Assembly: GCA_951406725.2 (NCBI GenBank)
Contig: OX597817.1
Span: 89,156,001 to 89,220,000, forward strand
Direction: 5' to 3'
DNA: 64,000 bases
Source: Octopus vulgaris
Taxonomy: Eukaryota
Of the stretch, positions 40,895-55,478 are shown piece by piece (positions within the stretch are counted from its first letter, which is position 1; every line of letters begins with the position of its first letter). The position numbers and the translations under genes are program-made. Under the pieces are notes generated by a model. It saw nothing but the letters and a program-made list of their open reading frames with translations, was not told the origin of the DNA and searched no databases.

Positions 40895-41900
40895 GCAAGG
40901 TACGTAGTTATTCATTCTGCTAGAAATAGCAGCTAAGTTTCCTTGTTTAACACATCTAACACTTGTGCATATATGTATAAGCCACTGAGTGAACCTCTCT
41001 GCGTCACTCAGTGTACTAAAAATAACAGTCAACTTTTCCTCAAAGCACATATCCTATACTCTTGTACATATACAAGCCATTTTGTGATCACTCAACGGAC
41101 TAGAAATAACAACGAAATCTCTTACAAACCCCATACCTCACTGTCTTTATTTCTAAGCTAGTTATAGCAGCCAAATCTCATCGCACTGTACATTGTTAAA
41201 AAGGAAAAGTCACCGTATAATGTAGTTCTAGATACATCGTGTCTGTATTCTTTTGATGGTAGGTCTACTAGTTGAAAGCTGACCTGGGGTTGAACAACAA
41301 CAGTGACTTTGTTTCGTTTCACATTTTCTGCTGACTATGAGCAAAGATGTTCTAATCGTGACCGTTCAGCCTTAACAATCATTGTTTACCTAACTTGTCC
41401 TTAGATTTTTAAGGACAAGTGAGATTTGATAGAGATTTAGCTGCTATTTCGTGGAGGCTTACGTCCAGGCTTACTCATTGCTCGTGTCACATAGGGTTGT
41501 TGTTTAGCTCTCAGTAAATCTTCACTGAGGGAACCTATGACTACAGGCATTCATGGCGTTATCATTTGTTTTTCTTTTAGGTGTACACAGTACTTAGAAC
41601 TCTAAGCCATCCTGCCTTTATATAAGAAAGTATGTGCAATTTCCAAAAGATCTGGCAGTTATTTTTTGCGAGTCGAATGGCCATATTGGAGCTTTTGTGT
41701 TAGCTCTCGTCCCATTGGGTTTTCTTTCTTTGTAACATCTCTAATAGCTATTTGATAATGTGAGAGATTTCGTTGTTATTTCTAGCTCGCTGAGTTACCT
41801 CAAAGTGGCTCTTTCATTGGCTTATATATGTACAAGAATGTAGAGTGTGTGCTTTGAGGAAAATTTGACTGCTATTTGTAATAGCCAATGTGTAGCCTCT
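40895..41900. repeat. Cluster of short dispersed repeats (ctgctagaaatagcagc.aaat family)
   Basis: The motif recurs in both orientations here and at ~9860-9930, 29385-29440, 42655-42770 and 43480-43640. Confidence 0.55.
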
Positions 41901-42074
41901 AATGACTATGTAGATGTAGGTATAGCTGGATTTGTCGCGCAGGCTGCTTCGCAGTTATAGTCCAGGGTCCGATACAATTGTGGACAAGTGCCTTTAACAA
42001 TATATGTGTTTCTGAAATATCCAGGCACTTATACTTTAATTTAACGAATCGGACATACAGTTCGCCGAAAAAAC

Positions 42075-42440
42075 TGTTCGCACATCGTCAAAACCACAGA
42101 GGATTTAAGAATGATTATTTGACAATATTTCACTGGAAGTCTATTTGAAGTCTCTCTCTCGTGAATATTGGGGAAACAAGAATCCATCCTTTTCATGTTT
42201 AATGTCATCCAATGGGCGACAGTAGTTTTTAGATTTTCTATTTCTTGAAATTATTTGACCAAGCGTCGTATGAAACAATGGCGGATGGACCTCAGTCATT
42301 CGACAACGAGGATTCACTTGTTCAATCAACTGGATAATCTGGTCCTGAATTAACGAGGGAATGGCCGAATATTCCACACGTACTCTTTGAATTACAGATA
42401 CAATCCACCCGACGGACTTTAATTTGGTTTCACCGAAATA
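42075..42440 (+). pseudogene. Decayed piggyBac-like transposase fragment
   Basis: EDLRMII.., SREYWGNKNPSFSCLMSSN..FL.FL, GPEL/NEGM, RYNP....FGF follow the piggyBac order (EL.AF; YWS..F...MSR.RF; IDE.M; QY.P.KP.K.G.K). Confidence 0.45.
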
Positions 42441-44919
42441 ATTTTTCTCACATGTTACAGGTCAATTCAAAGCCATAGAAAATGACATGCTGTGGTATTG
42501 AACCGGGGCCGCGTGGTTGAGAGGTGAACTTCTTCATCGTTCGGCGTACAACACCTACGTTTGATGAAAACTTATACATAACTGATTATTGTGATGGTGA
42601 CGATTGTTCTTCTCCCTACACGGGGCGTCTGTGGATTAGCCAGCGAGTATGTCTCTACGTGGTAGTTTGGCCTGCTAGAAATATCACCCGAATCGCCCTC
42701 AAATTATGCTGTTATCGTAAAATATGAAAGGACATATTAAAGAATGTTCCTTATATAAAATGTAGTCCCTTACCTACAACTATCATCACCACCACCATCT
42801 TCATCATCATAGTCATCACTACCGCCGCCGCCACCGCCACCGCCACCGCCGCCGCCACCACCACCACCACCACCACCACCACCACCACCATTATTCACTA
42901 TCAACAACAATAGCATCCCAATCAAACAGAGAAAGAGAGGCCTGTACGTGGTAGAAATAGATCTCCAATACTCTGATGTCACATTGCATTAGTACCACAA
43001 CCTCCACTATATACATACCACCGTTACCACTGCTACAACCACTACAAACATTAGCATCACCAGCTCAACAACTATTACCACTACAACCGACACCATAATT
43101 ATAACCACAACAGTACAACTAACATTAACACCACAACTACAACAAACATTGCAACTACAAGCAACACTACAACCACTACCACAAAAGACCTTACCACTAC
43201 TACTAACAACAACACTACTACCATCAACAACCACAAACTCTACAACTACCACCCAACCCACATCAACGACCAATAATGCCATTACCACCAACAACACAAG
43301 CCCTACTGTCACCGAGTCCACAGCAACTACTAAGAAAACTGCAACTGCCACACGATTAATACAACTACCAACGGTTAACACTACTACCAGCGTCACAACA
43401 GTTAACAGCATTAAAGTTGCTTTAAACAGTACCACTACCACAACCACCAATACCAAATCTATCACAGAGCCATCCAGTCGGAGTGCACCTTTACGTCGTC
43501 GGTTAATCTGCTAGAAAAAAACAGCCATATAACACTATTTTTGAGCCAAGTACACGTTGAAAAGCGAGGTAGTTCAGGCAGGATGGTCAAAATTGGAACT
43601 TTATTCATAATAATATCTGCCGGATAAGATCTGACCTTGGGCTAAGCAATAAAAATAGTAACAGCCATCATTATCACTACAAGCACCACACCCACCACTA
43701 TCACCAACACCAGCACAACCACCAACACTACAATCACTACAGCAACAGTTATCACCATCACCACCACCACCGCCGCCGCCGCCGCCGCCACCGCTGCCAC
43801 CGCCACCACCACCACTACCACCATCACCACCACCAACACCACCACCAACACCACTAACACCACCACCACCACCACCACCACCACCAATACCACCACTACC
43901 ACCTCCATCATTGCCAAAGCCGTTGCCATCGCCAATATCACCAATATCACCAATATCACTCCCTCTAACTCACACCTCTACTCCTCACCAAACAATCTTC
44001 AAAGTGATTTTCTGCCGCCATTTTAACATCAATTGCCAGATCAATATTCAAAATCAATCGATATCGAGTGTGTGTTTGTCTCATAGTATGTATGCCTGGT
44101 TATAAGTGTGAAACTGTGCCTGTACATGAATGAGTGTGTGTGCGCGCGCGTATGTGCGTGTAACTGTGTGCCTGTACAAAAATTGTTTCGTGTGTATGTA
44201 AAAAGGCGCGCACGTGTTACCATCATCATCATCACACTTATACACACACATGAATATATGCATATTTTCGTAGATACAGAAATACATACATATACATACT
44301 TACATATGCATACATGCATAAACACAAAAGTATGTGTGTGTGTGTGTGTGTAAATATATATATATACACACATTTATATGTTTGTGTGTGTTACTTTCTA
44401 TACATATATACATACATACATGTACATGCGCATATATGTATGTATGTAAGCATACATGCATTTGTGTTTGTGTGTATATATGTGTGTGTATGTATACACA
44501 CACATACGCATACGTACGCATACAAGCATGTAACTGCAAAGCAAAGTGGCGAAATTAGCACTCGAAAAACCAAAGGTAGAATGAAATGGTGTTTTATTAA
44601 CGCTGAAAAGACTTCAGTGACTGCTACTCATAGTTTCACGTAAGTGATCATCAGACAAATGTGAGTATTTTTTTTAAAAATTGATAGTTTCTAAATGTTA
44701 ATAACTGGCGCAGTGATAATTATTTAGTAACTCATGCAATAAACATTTAAAGCCGATAGGATAGGGTGTTATTAATTTCCAAAATAACAACAATCTGTTG
44801 GATGAAAACGATTGACCGTTCACGGGAAAATATAAACGTTAAAAAGCGAGTCAAAATTAAATCAAAAACAGAATAATATAAATTGCTTATATACATGGAA
44901 ATTCAATACACACACACAA

Positions 44920-45039
<120 letters not shown>

Positions 45040-45293
45040 GAGAGAAAGAAAATGGAAATGACGAGATTCTTTATTAACCACTACGATCGTTTCGACCCAT
45101 AATGGGCTAGATTCTGTATAACTGGTTGTAGTGTATCATTCGATGCAGATGTGCCTCGTCTTGTGACTTATCAAAAGGTACCTTGCTCTTTAATCTCCGT
45201 TTCGCTTATTTCGAATAGAATATATTTCCGATATTTGCCTATAATTGGTGGCACCCTTTCAACTGCATACTACTAGGTGTCTACTCAAATTTA

Positions 45294-45338
<45 letters not shown>

Positions 45339-45341
<3 letters not shown>

Positions 45342-45869
45342 TGGCTGCCCCTCGTTATCGAGTATGGACATTGCACGAAGCTTAATCAATGTTGTTATCG
45401 TGCAATGCCTGTGCAAGAAGATTTTTTTTAAGTGAGGAAAGGCTGTGCACTGAGTCAATCCCACTCACTAAGCAACAGTAGCCATGAACCGAAAAGAAGA
45501 ACAAGTCAACATCATCGGTAACCATTGAGCCGCAGGTTTTATTTCGGAGTTATCCCAGTTACCTGAGTTACCTTCTCCTTGAAGGATGCCCTAACAAAGG
45601 CTAGGAGTCCTTCACTCTCAATGGTTTAACCGCGCGATCGGGTATTCAGTCCGATTATTTCTATGTCCCCGCGCATGATACAGCCTTAAGACATTTATTG
45701 GATGGCCGTTGACTCTCAAGAGTTCCTCCGCCCTTTGACGAGTTTTGTCCAATAAACACCCTCCTCACCAAGCAAGCCTGGTGGGGTTGCCGGTTTAGTC
45801 ACCAACGACCCGACCATGCAACAGGGTACTGGGTTACATGTTACCAGTAGCACTCGAAAGTGACCTGAC

Positions 45870-45870
<1 letters not shown>
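45339..45870. mobile_element. Dispersed element inserted in (TA)n, possibly RTE-related and non-autonomous
   Basis: GC-richer 530-bp block sharply bounded by pure (TA)n; family assignment is from resemblance only. Confidence 0.35.
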
Positions 45871-45928
<58 letters not shown>

Positions 45929-45935
45929 CATGTAG

Positions 45936-46319
45936 AGGCGCAGGCATGGCTGTATGGGAAGAAGTTTGCCTCCCAACATGGTTCTAGGTTCAGTCCCACT
46001 GCGTGGCACTTGGGCAATTGTCTATAACCTGGGGGCGACCCAACCCTTGTGAGTGGAATTGGTAGACGGAAACTGAAAGAAGCCCGTTGCATATATATTT
46101 ATAAATATGTGTGTGTGTGTGTGTCTGTATTTGTCCCCCCCCCCCATCATCGCTTGATAACCGATGTTGGTGTGTTTACATATTCCCGTAACTTAGCGGT
46201 TTGGTATGAGAAACCGCTAGAATAAGTTCTTGGCTTACAAAGGATGTCTTGGGGTCGATTTGTTCGACTAAAAGTGGTGCTCCAGCATGGCCTCAGTCAA
46301 ACTACTGAAACAAGTAAAA

Positions 46320-46321
<2 letters not shown>
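45936..46321 (+). mobile_element. tRNA-derived SINE, full length
   Basis: Collinear with 19725-20122. Confidence 0.85.
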
Positions 46322-46366
<45 letters not shown>

Positions 46367-46779
46367 GATATGTCTCTTTCTCTCTCCTCTCTCTTTCACA
46401 CACGCACACACACATTATGATTTCTCTTCGGCATAATCATTTGTTACAACTCATTATACTTATGCTTTAGAGTAAAGCGTTAAGGGAAAATAGAGCTTCA
46501 CTCATTCTGTGACCGCTTCAGCGACTTTCTATCCCAACTTCGGTAAAAAAACTAAAATAGTGATAAGACTGAAGTGACTACTAAATATATAGTGCGTGTG
46601 TTTATTTGATAAGAAAAAAATGCCATTTCGAATTATAACAATATCTGTTTCAACACACAAAAGTTACTATCGCAAACATTTTTTACCGATGTGAAGACTA
46701 GTCAATTTATAGAAAAGAGAAAATGTTTGGAACCCTTCTATCGAGGCGGGGAGCAAAAAAAAAAAAGCAAAAAAAGCAG

Positions 46780-46972
46780 AGAATGATCTTGGCAAGACCA
46801 TGACGTGAATAACGGCCGACCCATCGCAGTGGTGTTACATCATCCCTTGCGACCGGTTGGCCATGTTCAAAGAGTGTCGGAGCATTTAATGCAAGGGATT
46901 GCAAGAAGGTGCCCTGAGTTGGTGATGCAACGGTCCACTTAAGCAAACATTCAAAAACTTTAGTATTTACAC
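46780..46972 (-). mobile_element. RTE-like LINE ORF C-terminal fragment
   Basis: LRWVGRYSRHGLAKIIL resembles the RTE motif L.WFGHV.R...L.K.IL; abuts a SINE at 46973-47145 (+). Confidence 0.4.
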
Positions 46973-47694
46973 TTAACCGCATTTCGTCCGTCTTTATGTT
47001 TTGAGTTGAAATTCCGCCGAGGCTGACGTTGCCCTTCATCCTTTCAGAGTTGATAAAATAAATACCAGTTGAGTACTGGGATCGATGTAATCGACTCATT
47101 CCCTCCCCTGAACTTGCTGGCCTTGACCCAAAATTTGAAATCAATATTTATGCATAATCTTGGATTGTTCATAAAGTTGGTCGCCACGTTCGAAGCGATT
47201 GCTTCGAAAAGTAACTGTAAAGAGATGTATGCCAGAAGGTAGCTGAGAGATGGAGGGAAGTTGGTCATCAATGAAGACTCTAAGAGCCCAGCTGTGCTCA
47301 TGTCCTCGTATTTTCTCACATATTCCTTACCAAAGTTCTTTAAGGTATAAAATGGTTTTATACATTCATACATTCAGTGGTGTCAAGTTATCCACATCCA
47401 AAGACGCTCATGATGATGATGATGACGACTACGACGACGACGTTGATGACGTGAATGAAAATGTTTCTCTCTTCCTCTTTGTGTGTATATGAGTGTTTTG
47501 TATTTGTCCCCACACTCCTTGACAACCGGTGTTGGTTTGTTTACCTTTCTGTAAGTTTGCGTTTCGGCAAAAGTGTTCTACAGAATAAATACCAGACTTA
47601 AAAAGAATAAGTAATTGGGTCGAATTGTTGGATTAAACACTTCAAGGCAGTGCATCGCATGATCGCAGTTCAATGACTGAAACATGTGAAAGAA

Positions 47695-47757
<63 letters not shown>

Positions 47758-47766
47758 TTATCTGCC

Positions 47767-47812
<46 letters not shown>

Positions 47813-48479
47813 AGGGAGAGAGAGAGAGAGCGAGCTTAGCCGTTATTCACAAGCGAATATGACCTGGTAGCTTGCAACATAATTTCGCAAGTTGTTTTCG
47901 TTGACTATGTAGTCACGAGCAGACACAGACACCCTCTCAGCCCTACCACCCTTTGACGCTTGTAGTTGTGATAGCTAAAAGGAGAAGGATCTGTGTAAGT
48001 CGCTGAGCAGTTCACACATATGTACCCTTAACATAATTCTCAGGTGGAATCAAAACGACACAGTGTGAGTTAAGGCTGTGCAATACACCTGAGAGGCCTC
48101 TATCTAGTTTCCTTCTATTCTGTCTACTCTGTTTTAATCACAAGTTACGAGTTGATCCGAAGATATGGACATGACATTTGCTCAAGATGTCACGTAGAAG
48201 AGACGAAACCCGGACCTCGAGATTGCATAGTGAATTTCTTAACTATTCAGCTGTACACAAATGCATAAATAAGATAGTTCTTGAGTCATATAGATACTTA
48301 GGGCCAACCGTAGTAGATGCCCGTCTGTCACAGGATTACTCATTTTTGCCGGCTGAGGGGATTGGAACAACGTGAAATAAAGTGTTTTGCTCAAGAGCAC
48401 AACGTGTATACACCTACATACACACGCGCCCGCACATGCGCGTGGGTTCCTCAGGAAGTATGTCTTCCTCTATACAAAG

Positions 48480-48960
48480 GAACTAGTTACTCAACATAAG
48501 TGATGCTTTTGCATCATCGGGAAACTCAACACTTTTGAATTATCTTAAAACAAATTCGGGCTTGAGCTCTCATTTTCACAGTAACTTTTACCTCGTCTAC
48601 GCCAACAAAATCATTATCTACGAATATATCCCTCAACGAACCGAACAGGTGAAAGTCGGAAGGTACCACATTCAGACCGTACGATTTATGGGGTACCACT
48701 AACCTGTTCAATTTGTCAGTTGTCGGATTTGTTGCCAGAGATGTGTGGTTATGCAATGTCATAGGGAAATAGCTGTTGTTTTCAGATTCTTGTTCGTTCT
48801 CTTTCTCATAAAGGCTTCGCTGAGCTTGTCCAGTTTCTCAGTATACTTCTCGCTGGTCACGTGGCAACCAAGTTTCAGATGACTAAGATAGTGAGGTCCT
48901 TGCCACCAACAAAGCAGTCATCATCACTTTCTCTCTGATGGAGAACAGATGTGACGCATT
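48480..48960 (-). mobile_element. Decayed mariner transposase 3' half
   Basis: VPH..Y..NVVPSDFHLFGSLRD..F...DEVK. Confidence 0.65.
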
Positions 48961-49187
48961 TGGTTCTGGATCATAATCATACGCTCACATATAATCATCT
49001 CATGTTACCAGTGAAAATGAAAAAAAAAGACACCGGCGCAGGCGTGGCCGTGTGGTTAGAAGTTTGCCTCCCAACTACATGGTTCCGGGCTCAATCTTAC
49101 CGCGTGACACCTTGGGTAAGTGTCTTCTATCATAGTCTCATGCTGATCAAGCCTCGTGAGTGGATTTGTTTGGGGAAATTGGAAGAA

Positions 49188-49901
49188 ACAGGCAGTTTTT
49201 ACACGCTAGAAGAAGTAGTCAAAACGACTAAAACTACATTTAAGAGCTATTTTCAAAAGGAATGAAAATATAAACGTTTACCTTGTTATTTTAATACAGT
49301 TAGATCTAGGTTTCAAAATTTGTTTAGCAAATAAAATAATTTGCTAGGTGAATCTCTCATCAGTAGCCACGCCATAATACTAACATATAATTAAGAGACG
49401 AATAACACGTGTCTCATCGTTATATATTATAATTTTTGAAATTTACCGCGTAAGCGCAGTTTCAGTCGGCAGTAAATGAATAAATGCCGAACTAATCCTT
49501 TAAAAAAATTGCTAAATAGACGTAAAATATCGGGTAGTGAGTTTTTTTTTTAGAAATTTCACTACCAGTGGCCTAGCATGTATAAAAAGTCAATAGACAA
49601 TATATTCTCAATATAAAATAATGTACATTTAAACACATTTTGTTTGCTAAAATGATTTTGAAACCTAGGTCTGACTATTAAAATAAAAGTTAAACGTTTT
49701 TATTTTTCATTCTTTTTGAAGATTGCTCTTAAATGTGGTTTTGGTCGTTTTGACTACTTTTCCTAGTGTCTAAAAACTGCCTGCTGAAGGCAGTTTTCTC
49801 TTGTGTTTACATGTACACTATTTCATATTGAGAATATGTTGTCTATTTTATACATGCTAGGTCACTGGTAGTGAAATTTCTAAAAAAAACTCACTACCCT
49901 A

Positions 49902-49908
<7 letters not shown>
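49188..49908. repeat. Penelope pLTR-like composite with two inverted-repeat pairs and a hammerhead (49297-49369, -)
   Basis: 49188-49338 is inverted to 49637-49783; 49524-49636 is inverted to 49803-49908. Minus-strand CTGATGAG..TAGCAAAT/ATTTGCTA..GAAACCTAGATC; the + copy retains GAAACCTAGGTC. Confidence 0.7.
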
Positions 49909-49980
<72 letters not shown>

Positions 49981-50352
49981 TACATATATATGTGTGTGTG
50001 TGTGCGTGTATGCGTGTGTGCCTGTGTGCTTGTGTGTGTGTGTGTGTGTGTTTGAGTCTGTAACTGTTTGTCCCCGAAAAATCACTTGGCAACTGGTGCT
50101 GGTGTTTGCTGCAGTCTAATGACCGAAACACAAAAGGGAAAAGGTAAAACTTGGCTCCAAACGTTTCAATCAGATCAGAGGATCACAGGAGACTTCCACA
50201 ACTTTACCACACCGATATACAACTACGCATACCATAAATCTAGCACACCGCCACATCGCTTCCATACCACCCCATCATTTTAATCCATCCCACTGTGTCA
50301 CTCCACCTCATCGCTACTTATTCTTCCTGCTTTCCACATCTGTCTCTCTCTG

Positions 50353-50421
<69 letters not shown>

Positions 50422-50666
50422 ATGCACTACCATACAACCAGATATGATCACCATCGCAACATCATATCACTACACCCTACACGTTCTATTATTACTCAGC
50501 ACCACTTCATCGCCACATCGATATACTCTGTTATACCAACCCCTCTCCATCCTAGCATCACATTTTCGTTTTGACATTAAAACTAATCTATCATTGTTTC
50601 TGTTTCTCATTACTTTTAAATTACATTCAACTCTCTTTATTATATCTACTGCCGTTGCTGCTGCTG

Positions 50667-50758
<92 letters not shown>

Positions 50759-50808
50759 TCGGTTTGTTCTCTTTTAAATACCACACAGTATCTATTAAGC
50801 AATCTTTA

Positions 50809-51136
50809 TATCCAACTTAACGTGGATGTATTGTTAGCGCGCCGAATACTGCATAATTTACCTTGAGAGGATCTCTCTCTCATATGGAAGCGTAGTGCAT
50901 AAAGGCACATGTATCGATATCGCTGGCAGAGAAGAATCAATCGTCTCTTCAGTGGAAGAACCTCTGGTAGCCCCATAGAGCCAAATACAGACGACGCTCG
51001 TAGTAGACGATTGTTGTCTAACACTGATATAAATAAGAGTGCTTTTATGCGCCATGTGTCCATATGAAAGGTTCTCTCAAGGTATATAATGCAATATTCG
51101 ATATTCTAACACAACATCCACGTTATGTTGGATTTA
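50809..51136. repeat. Diverged ~80-bp inverted repeat with a 170-bp spacer
   Basis: tccaacttaacgtggatg..ccttgagag..catatgga versus tccatatg..ctctcaagg..catccacgttatgttgga. Confidence 0.65.
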
Positions 51137-51265
51137 GAGCTTGTTGTTTGGTAGTAATACTGCTTCTGTCATCAGTAATTATTTTTTAATAAGCCTGTAG
51201 GCTATTTCCGGCATCAGTGTCTGAACAGTACATTCATGGTTGGTGCTTGATTTTTTCCATATATA

Positions 51266-52430
51266 TCCTGTATATATAAATCACAGTATGTGTGTGTATA
51301 TTGACTAACGTATACATTTCCACAATTCTCAACCGATTTTCACCAAACTTTACACACACATTACTTACGTCCCAAGGATGGTGATGTACTATAACATTTT
51401 CCCCAGAGCTCCCACTTTGATTGACAAACCGGGAAAAACGGTTGTCTACACTGGTTTTTCTCTAATTCATTGTATGTACATAGTTTTTTTTTGTATGTAG
51501 GGGCTTCCATACTTTTTAAATCTATATGGTCGTATATTGGCATTAAAGAATATTCTTAGTGGTTTTCACATTTTTTGATTTATTATTTATATGTTGTAAA
51601 CGTGTAATATTACTTTCTATATTTTTTTATGTGTATTGGTGTGTATTTTGCGTTTGAGTGTTTTGGTAAGAGAATATAAAAATGAAAGGATTTTGTCTAT
51701 TTATTTATTTCCACTGTTTTCCATACTTTTTTAAAAACTTCTATATGGTCGTATATTTGCATTACAGAATAATTTTCAGTTGTTTTCTCATTTTTTTTAT
51801 TTATTATTTGTCTGCCTTGCAATGCGACATCTTTTCACCGCAAACTGCTAAAGATTCAAAACAGTATTTGTGAACTGAAGTCAAACTCTTCATGTCTTCA
51901 TTTTTCGTTACCTGAAGTCAATTGCAGAGTGGTCGTACACTGTAAGCACGTAGCGAATACATTCCTTTAACTCTACTTTTTCATGTAGGTATTATATTGC
52001 CATTTTTGAACGTACCAATTATACTTCTCTCTGAAAAAATTGTTCCCTTTGCTGTCGAATAAAATAAACTCGCAGAGGGGAAGTTTCAACGTCTTCCTTC
52101 AATTTCCTTACACCATTCATGCGGCTGTTTCTGACAAGAAATTTCGCCTTCATGTAAAACAACTATATTTTGTAGTTATTATTCGTAATCTACTCAAAAA
52201 TACTTCAGTAGCTCTACTTTGCATTGCTTGCAAACTTATATGTTCTATGATCATTAAAGTGCAACGATCCCCACAATAATCAGCCTTCAATTTGGTTTTC
52301 TGTTCCTAGGTTAATCGGAAATATAGATTGCTATGCTACTCATAAACTTTGTCGGTAGTTCAATTATTTGGTGAAAAAAATACCAATAAAGCAACTTAAA
52401 CCGTCCAAAGGACGGGTGCGTTTGCTACTA
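51266..52430 (+). mobile_element. Non-autonomous Helitron-like element
   Basis: 5' tc..tatataaa..tgtgtg..ccgattttcaccaaactt; 3' hairpin ccgtcc-aaa-ggacgg (52401-52415) followed by gctact; internal direct repeat 51505-51590 and 51719-51810. Confidence 0.5.
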
Positions 52431-53140
52431 TGTATATATATCTGTGTGCTATATGTATGCATTTGTGCGTGTTCAACATAGTTGGCGCTCTCCAGCCTTG
52501 TCAGGTAATTAACCTACTAGAAGGTCCTTCCAATGAAAAGCCTACAGCTTGCTGGTCATCACAGACATCTTAGCCCGTTGAGCCACTGTGGTCAGACCGG
52601 CAAATCTAAAGAGAGCGATCGGATTGCACAGACTGACTTTCACTTTAAACTAAGCAGAAACAGGATGAAAAGTCCTGTAGTGATGGAGAAGAGACGAAAG
52701 GCGTTGGATGGTACTGACAGTCATAACCCCAACTCTGCATGTAGGCACGCCGTTCTTCTTCATAATTTCCGGCCACAAAAAGCTGCCATCCCCAGTTGTG
52801 TGAGGGCTGGAGTGTGTGCGTTGATGTGTGAGTGTGTGTTGGTGTGTGTGTTAGTGTGTATGTATTGATGTGTGTTTGTGTGTATTGATGTGTGAGTGTG
52901 TGTTGGTACATGTGTTTGTGCATGTGTGTGTGTTGGTGCGTGTGTGTGTGTTGGTGCGTGTGTGTTTGTGCATGTGTGTTTGTGCATGTGTTGGTGCATG
53001 TGTGTTGATGCGTGTGTGTTGATGCATGTGTGTGTATTGGTGCGTGTGGGTGTGTGTGTGTGTGTGTGTTGGTGTGTGTGTTAGTGTGTATGTATTGGTG
53101 TGCATGTATTAGTGTGTGTGTGTGCTTTGTATGTGTGCTT

Positions 53141-53189
<49 letters not shown>

Positions 53190-54789
53190 TGCGCGTGTAT
53201 ACTGAGCAATGAGTGTTTTTTCTTTATTTTGGACGCATTCATAGACGAGTAGTTCAGAGGTTTCTTTCGGAACTACAAAGTCCTCGTTTCAATCTCACGG
53301 CATGTGCTTTTGTTATAACCTCGTTCGAATTAACCCTTCTGAACGAAATTGTGGATACAGAAACTGTGTGGAAGCCGGTCGGGTGAGTTGCACTCATAAG
53401 TCAAAAGTTTAGTTTTGTCACTCATCATGCTGTACCGTTCCTGTCTGAGAATTATGTATGTATGTATGGTATGTCACCCACATACTCTACAATGCAATGA
53501 GTAAATGGTTCAGCTGATTGAACAACCGAAATACTCATCATTGAAAGCAACGAAGATCCACTTATTGTATAGTGATTCATAATGGCATGTCGTTCAATTT
53601 AGTATCTCTGCCGTTCAGTTTATATACTAACTCTCTCATGAACAAATTTTCTCGAGTATGGTGGTGCTTCCGAAAATAACCAGTTTATATAGTTGTCCAC
53701 CTGCAATGTCTCCTGGTAAACAGATTATTTGGCTGAAAAATAAAGCCGGAATAGATTTTATACAGTAAAGCTAGTTAGTTTGTATAAAGTCACACATTAT
53801 GGGAAAGAGAAGTATCTGGTGTTTGGGGTTGCCTCTTCATCAAAAAGAAACATTTTTCTTTCCTGAAATGAAAGTTCATTATCAAAATGCCATAAAACAA
53901 CAGATGTCTAAAGCTATCATGTTTATCCGTTGGTGATCAAAGAAGAGAATGACTTCAAGCATATGACATCTCAATGGAGGTCTACCGTCTATACTACAAT
54001 ATCCATGTGCCTGAAACTACGGAAGTAGAGGCATTTCATTGCTGCAAATGTCAGATAGCTCCCACTGTCACAATGAAAAGTCTACTGTTTGTGTCTTCAT
54101 TAAGTTTCAGCCATCAATAGTTGCTAGTGGCTGAAACTTCATTATAATCAATGAAGACTTTGACTGACTATGTAGCACTTCTACAAAGAATACAGTTATG
54201 TAGTGAGAGCTAGGAAACTGCAACTACTTCCAACTGTAGTACACCCAACGATTGCTTGAAACTACGAAATTTACTGTATTTCATTACTGCAGATGTACAG
54301 AATACTCCAGCCACCACAGCAATACTGTTTGACCCTTAGTCAAGGAACTGTCAATACTATACCATGCAGACTTACTCGTAGGATGCCCATATTAGCCTAG
54401 CGCAAGGATTTTCCAGTGAGAAAGAGCTGTGCATATACCAGACTCACTCTCCCATTCACAAGCAAATACGATCAAGTCAACAGAACTTGAATGAGAGTGC
54501 AGATTGCCAAAATTGCTAGTGGGTATCTCCAGATCTCATTGTACCATCTAACTTGGCGTGTGTCCAGGCAATAAAACACTGTTCTAGAAGTTTGTCCTGC
54601 ATCATGGTTCCTAGCCTACCATGACAGATTGTTGCCATGTGCGTCAATTGTCCTCACTGGCCTGGTAGCATCAAGTCCGAAACTGTGAATGAAGATGACT
54701 TATTTCTTCTATGCTTCATCTGAATAACTGAAAGCATGCTACTAAACATCTTTAACAGATCTCGTTTTATACTCTGCATGGATATGCAT

Positions 54790-55030
54790 GCGTATTAGTC
54801 CTTTCCGAGCCATAGGTTCATAAGGCTGGTTTCCAAACCCCACCACACACACCTGGATGAGACGCCGGGCTATCGAAGGGATCACTTATTTTTTCCTATT
54901 GACTGGTCCGGAGCAACGTGAAATGAAGTGTTTTGCTCAAGAATAAATCGCATCACCCGATCCCAGAAACCAAACTGTAATATCACTATCATGAGTGCAA
55001 CACCCTAAGCACTAAGGCACGCGCCTCCAC
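54790..55030 (-). mobile_element. SINE of the 10170 family
   Basis: Reverse complement has the head ggaggcgcgtgccttagtgcttagggtgttg and ggcgtctcatccagg..ggaaaccagccttatg. Confidence 0.6.
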
Positions 55031-55039
55031 TCACACGTA

Positions 55040-55070
<31 letters not shown>

Positions 55071-55441
55071 TGTATGTATGTATGTATGTATGTATTATGT
55101 ATGTATTATGTATGTATATATGTATGTATGTATGTATGCATGTATGTATATATGTATGCATGTATGTGCCTGTGCGTGAATGTATGTACGTATATGCATA
55201 CATACATACACGCACAAACACATACATGCATATTTGTATATATGTATGTAAAAATTTCCATTACATTCCAGTCAGCCGCTCTCCATTTGCTGCTAGGTGA
55301 AAACCTCACCATATCGTTGTCAACTCATATAGGTTGGTTCTTGGTCTACCTTCTAACTGTGCATGATGGCCAAATCTTGGTTGGATTGGGATACTCCTGT
55401 GATCCGGTAATCAGCTCTCCGTCTCCGTCTCCCTCTCCCTC

Positions 55442-55478
<37 letters not shown>

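Noticed and set aside
42141-42377. 78-aa minus-strand ORF as a host exon
   Set aside because: Better explained as the antisense of a decayed piggyBac-like transposase on the plus strand.
43007-43959. Mucin-like Thr-rich or Val-rich ORFs
   Set aside because: Degenerate (ACC/ACT/ACA)n tract flanked by dispersed repeats; no convincing splice context or domain.
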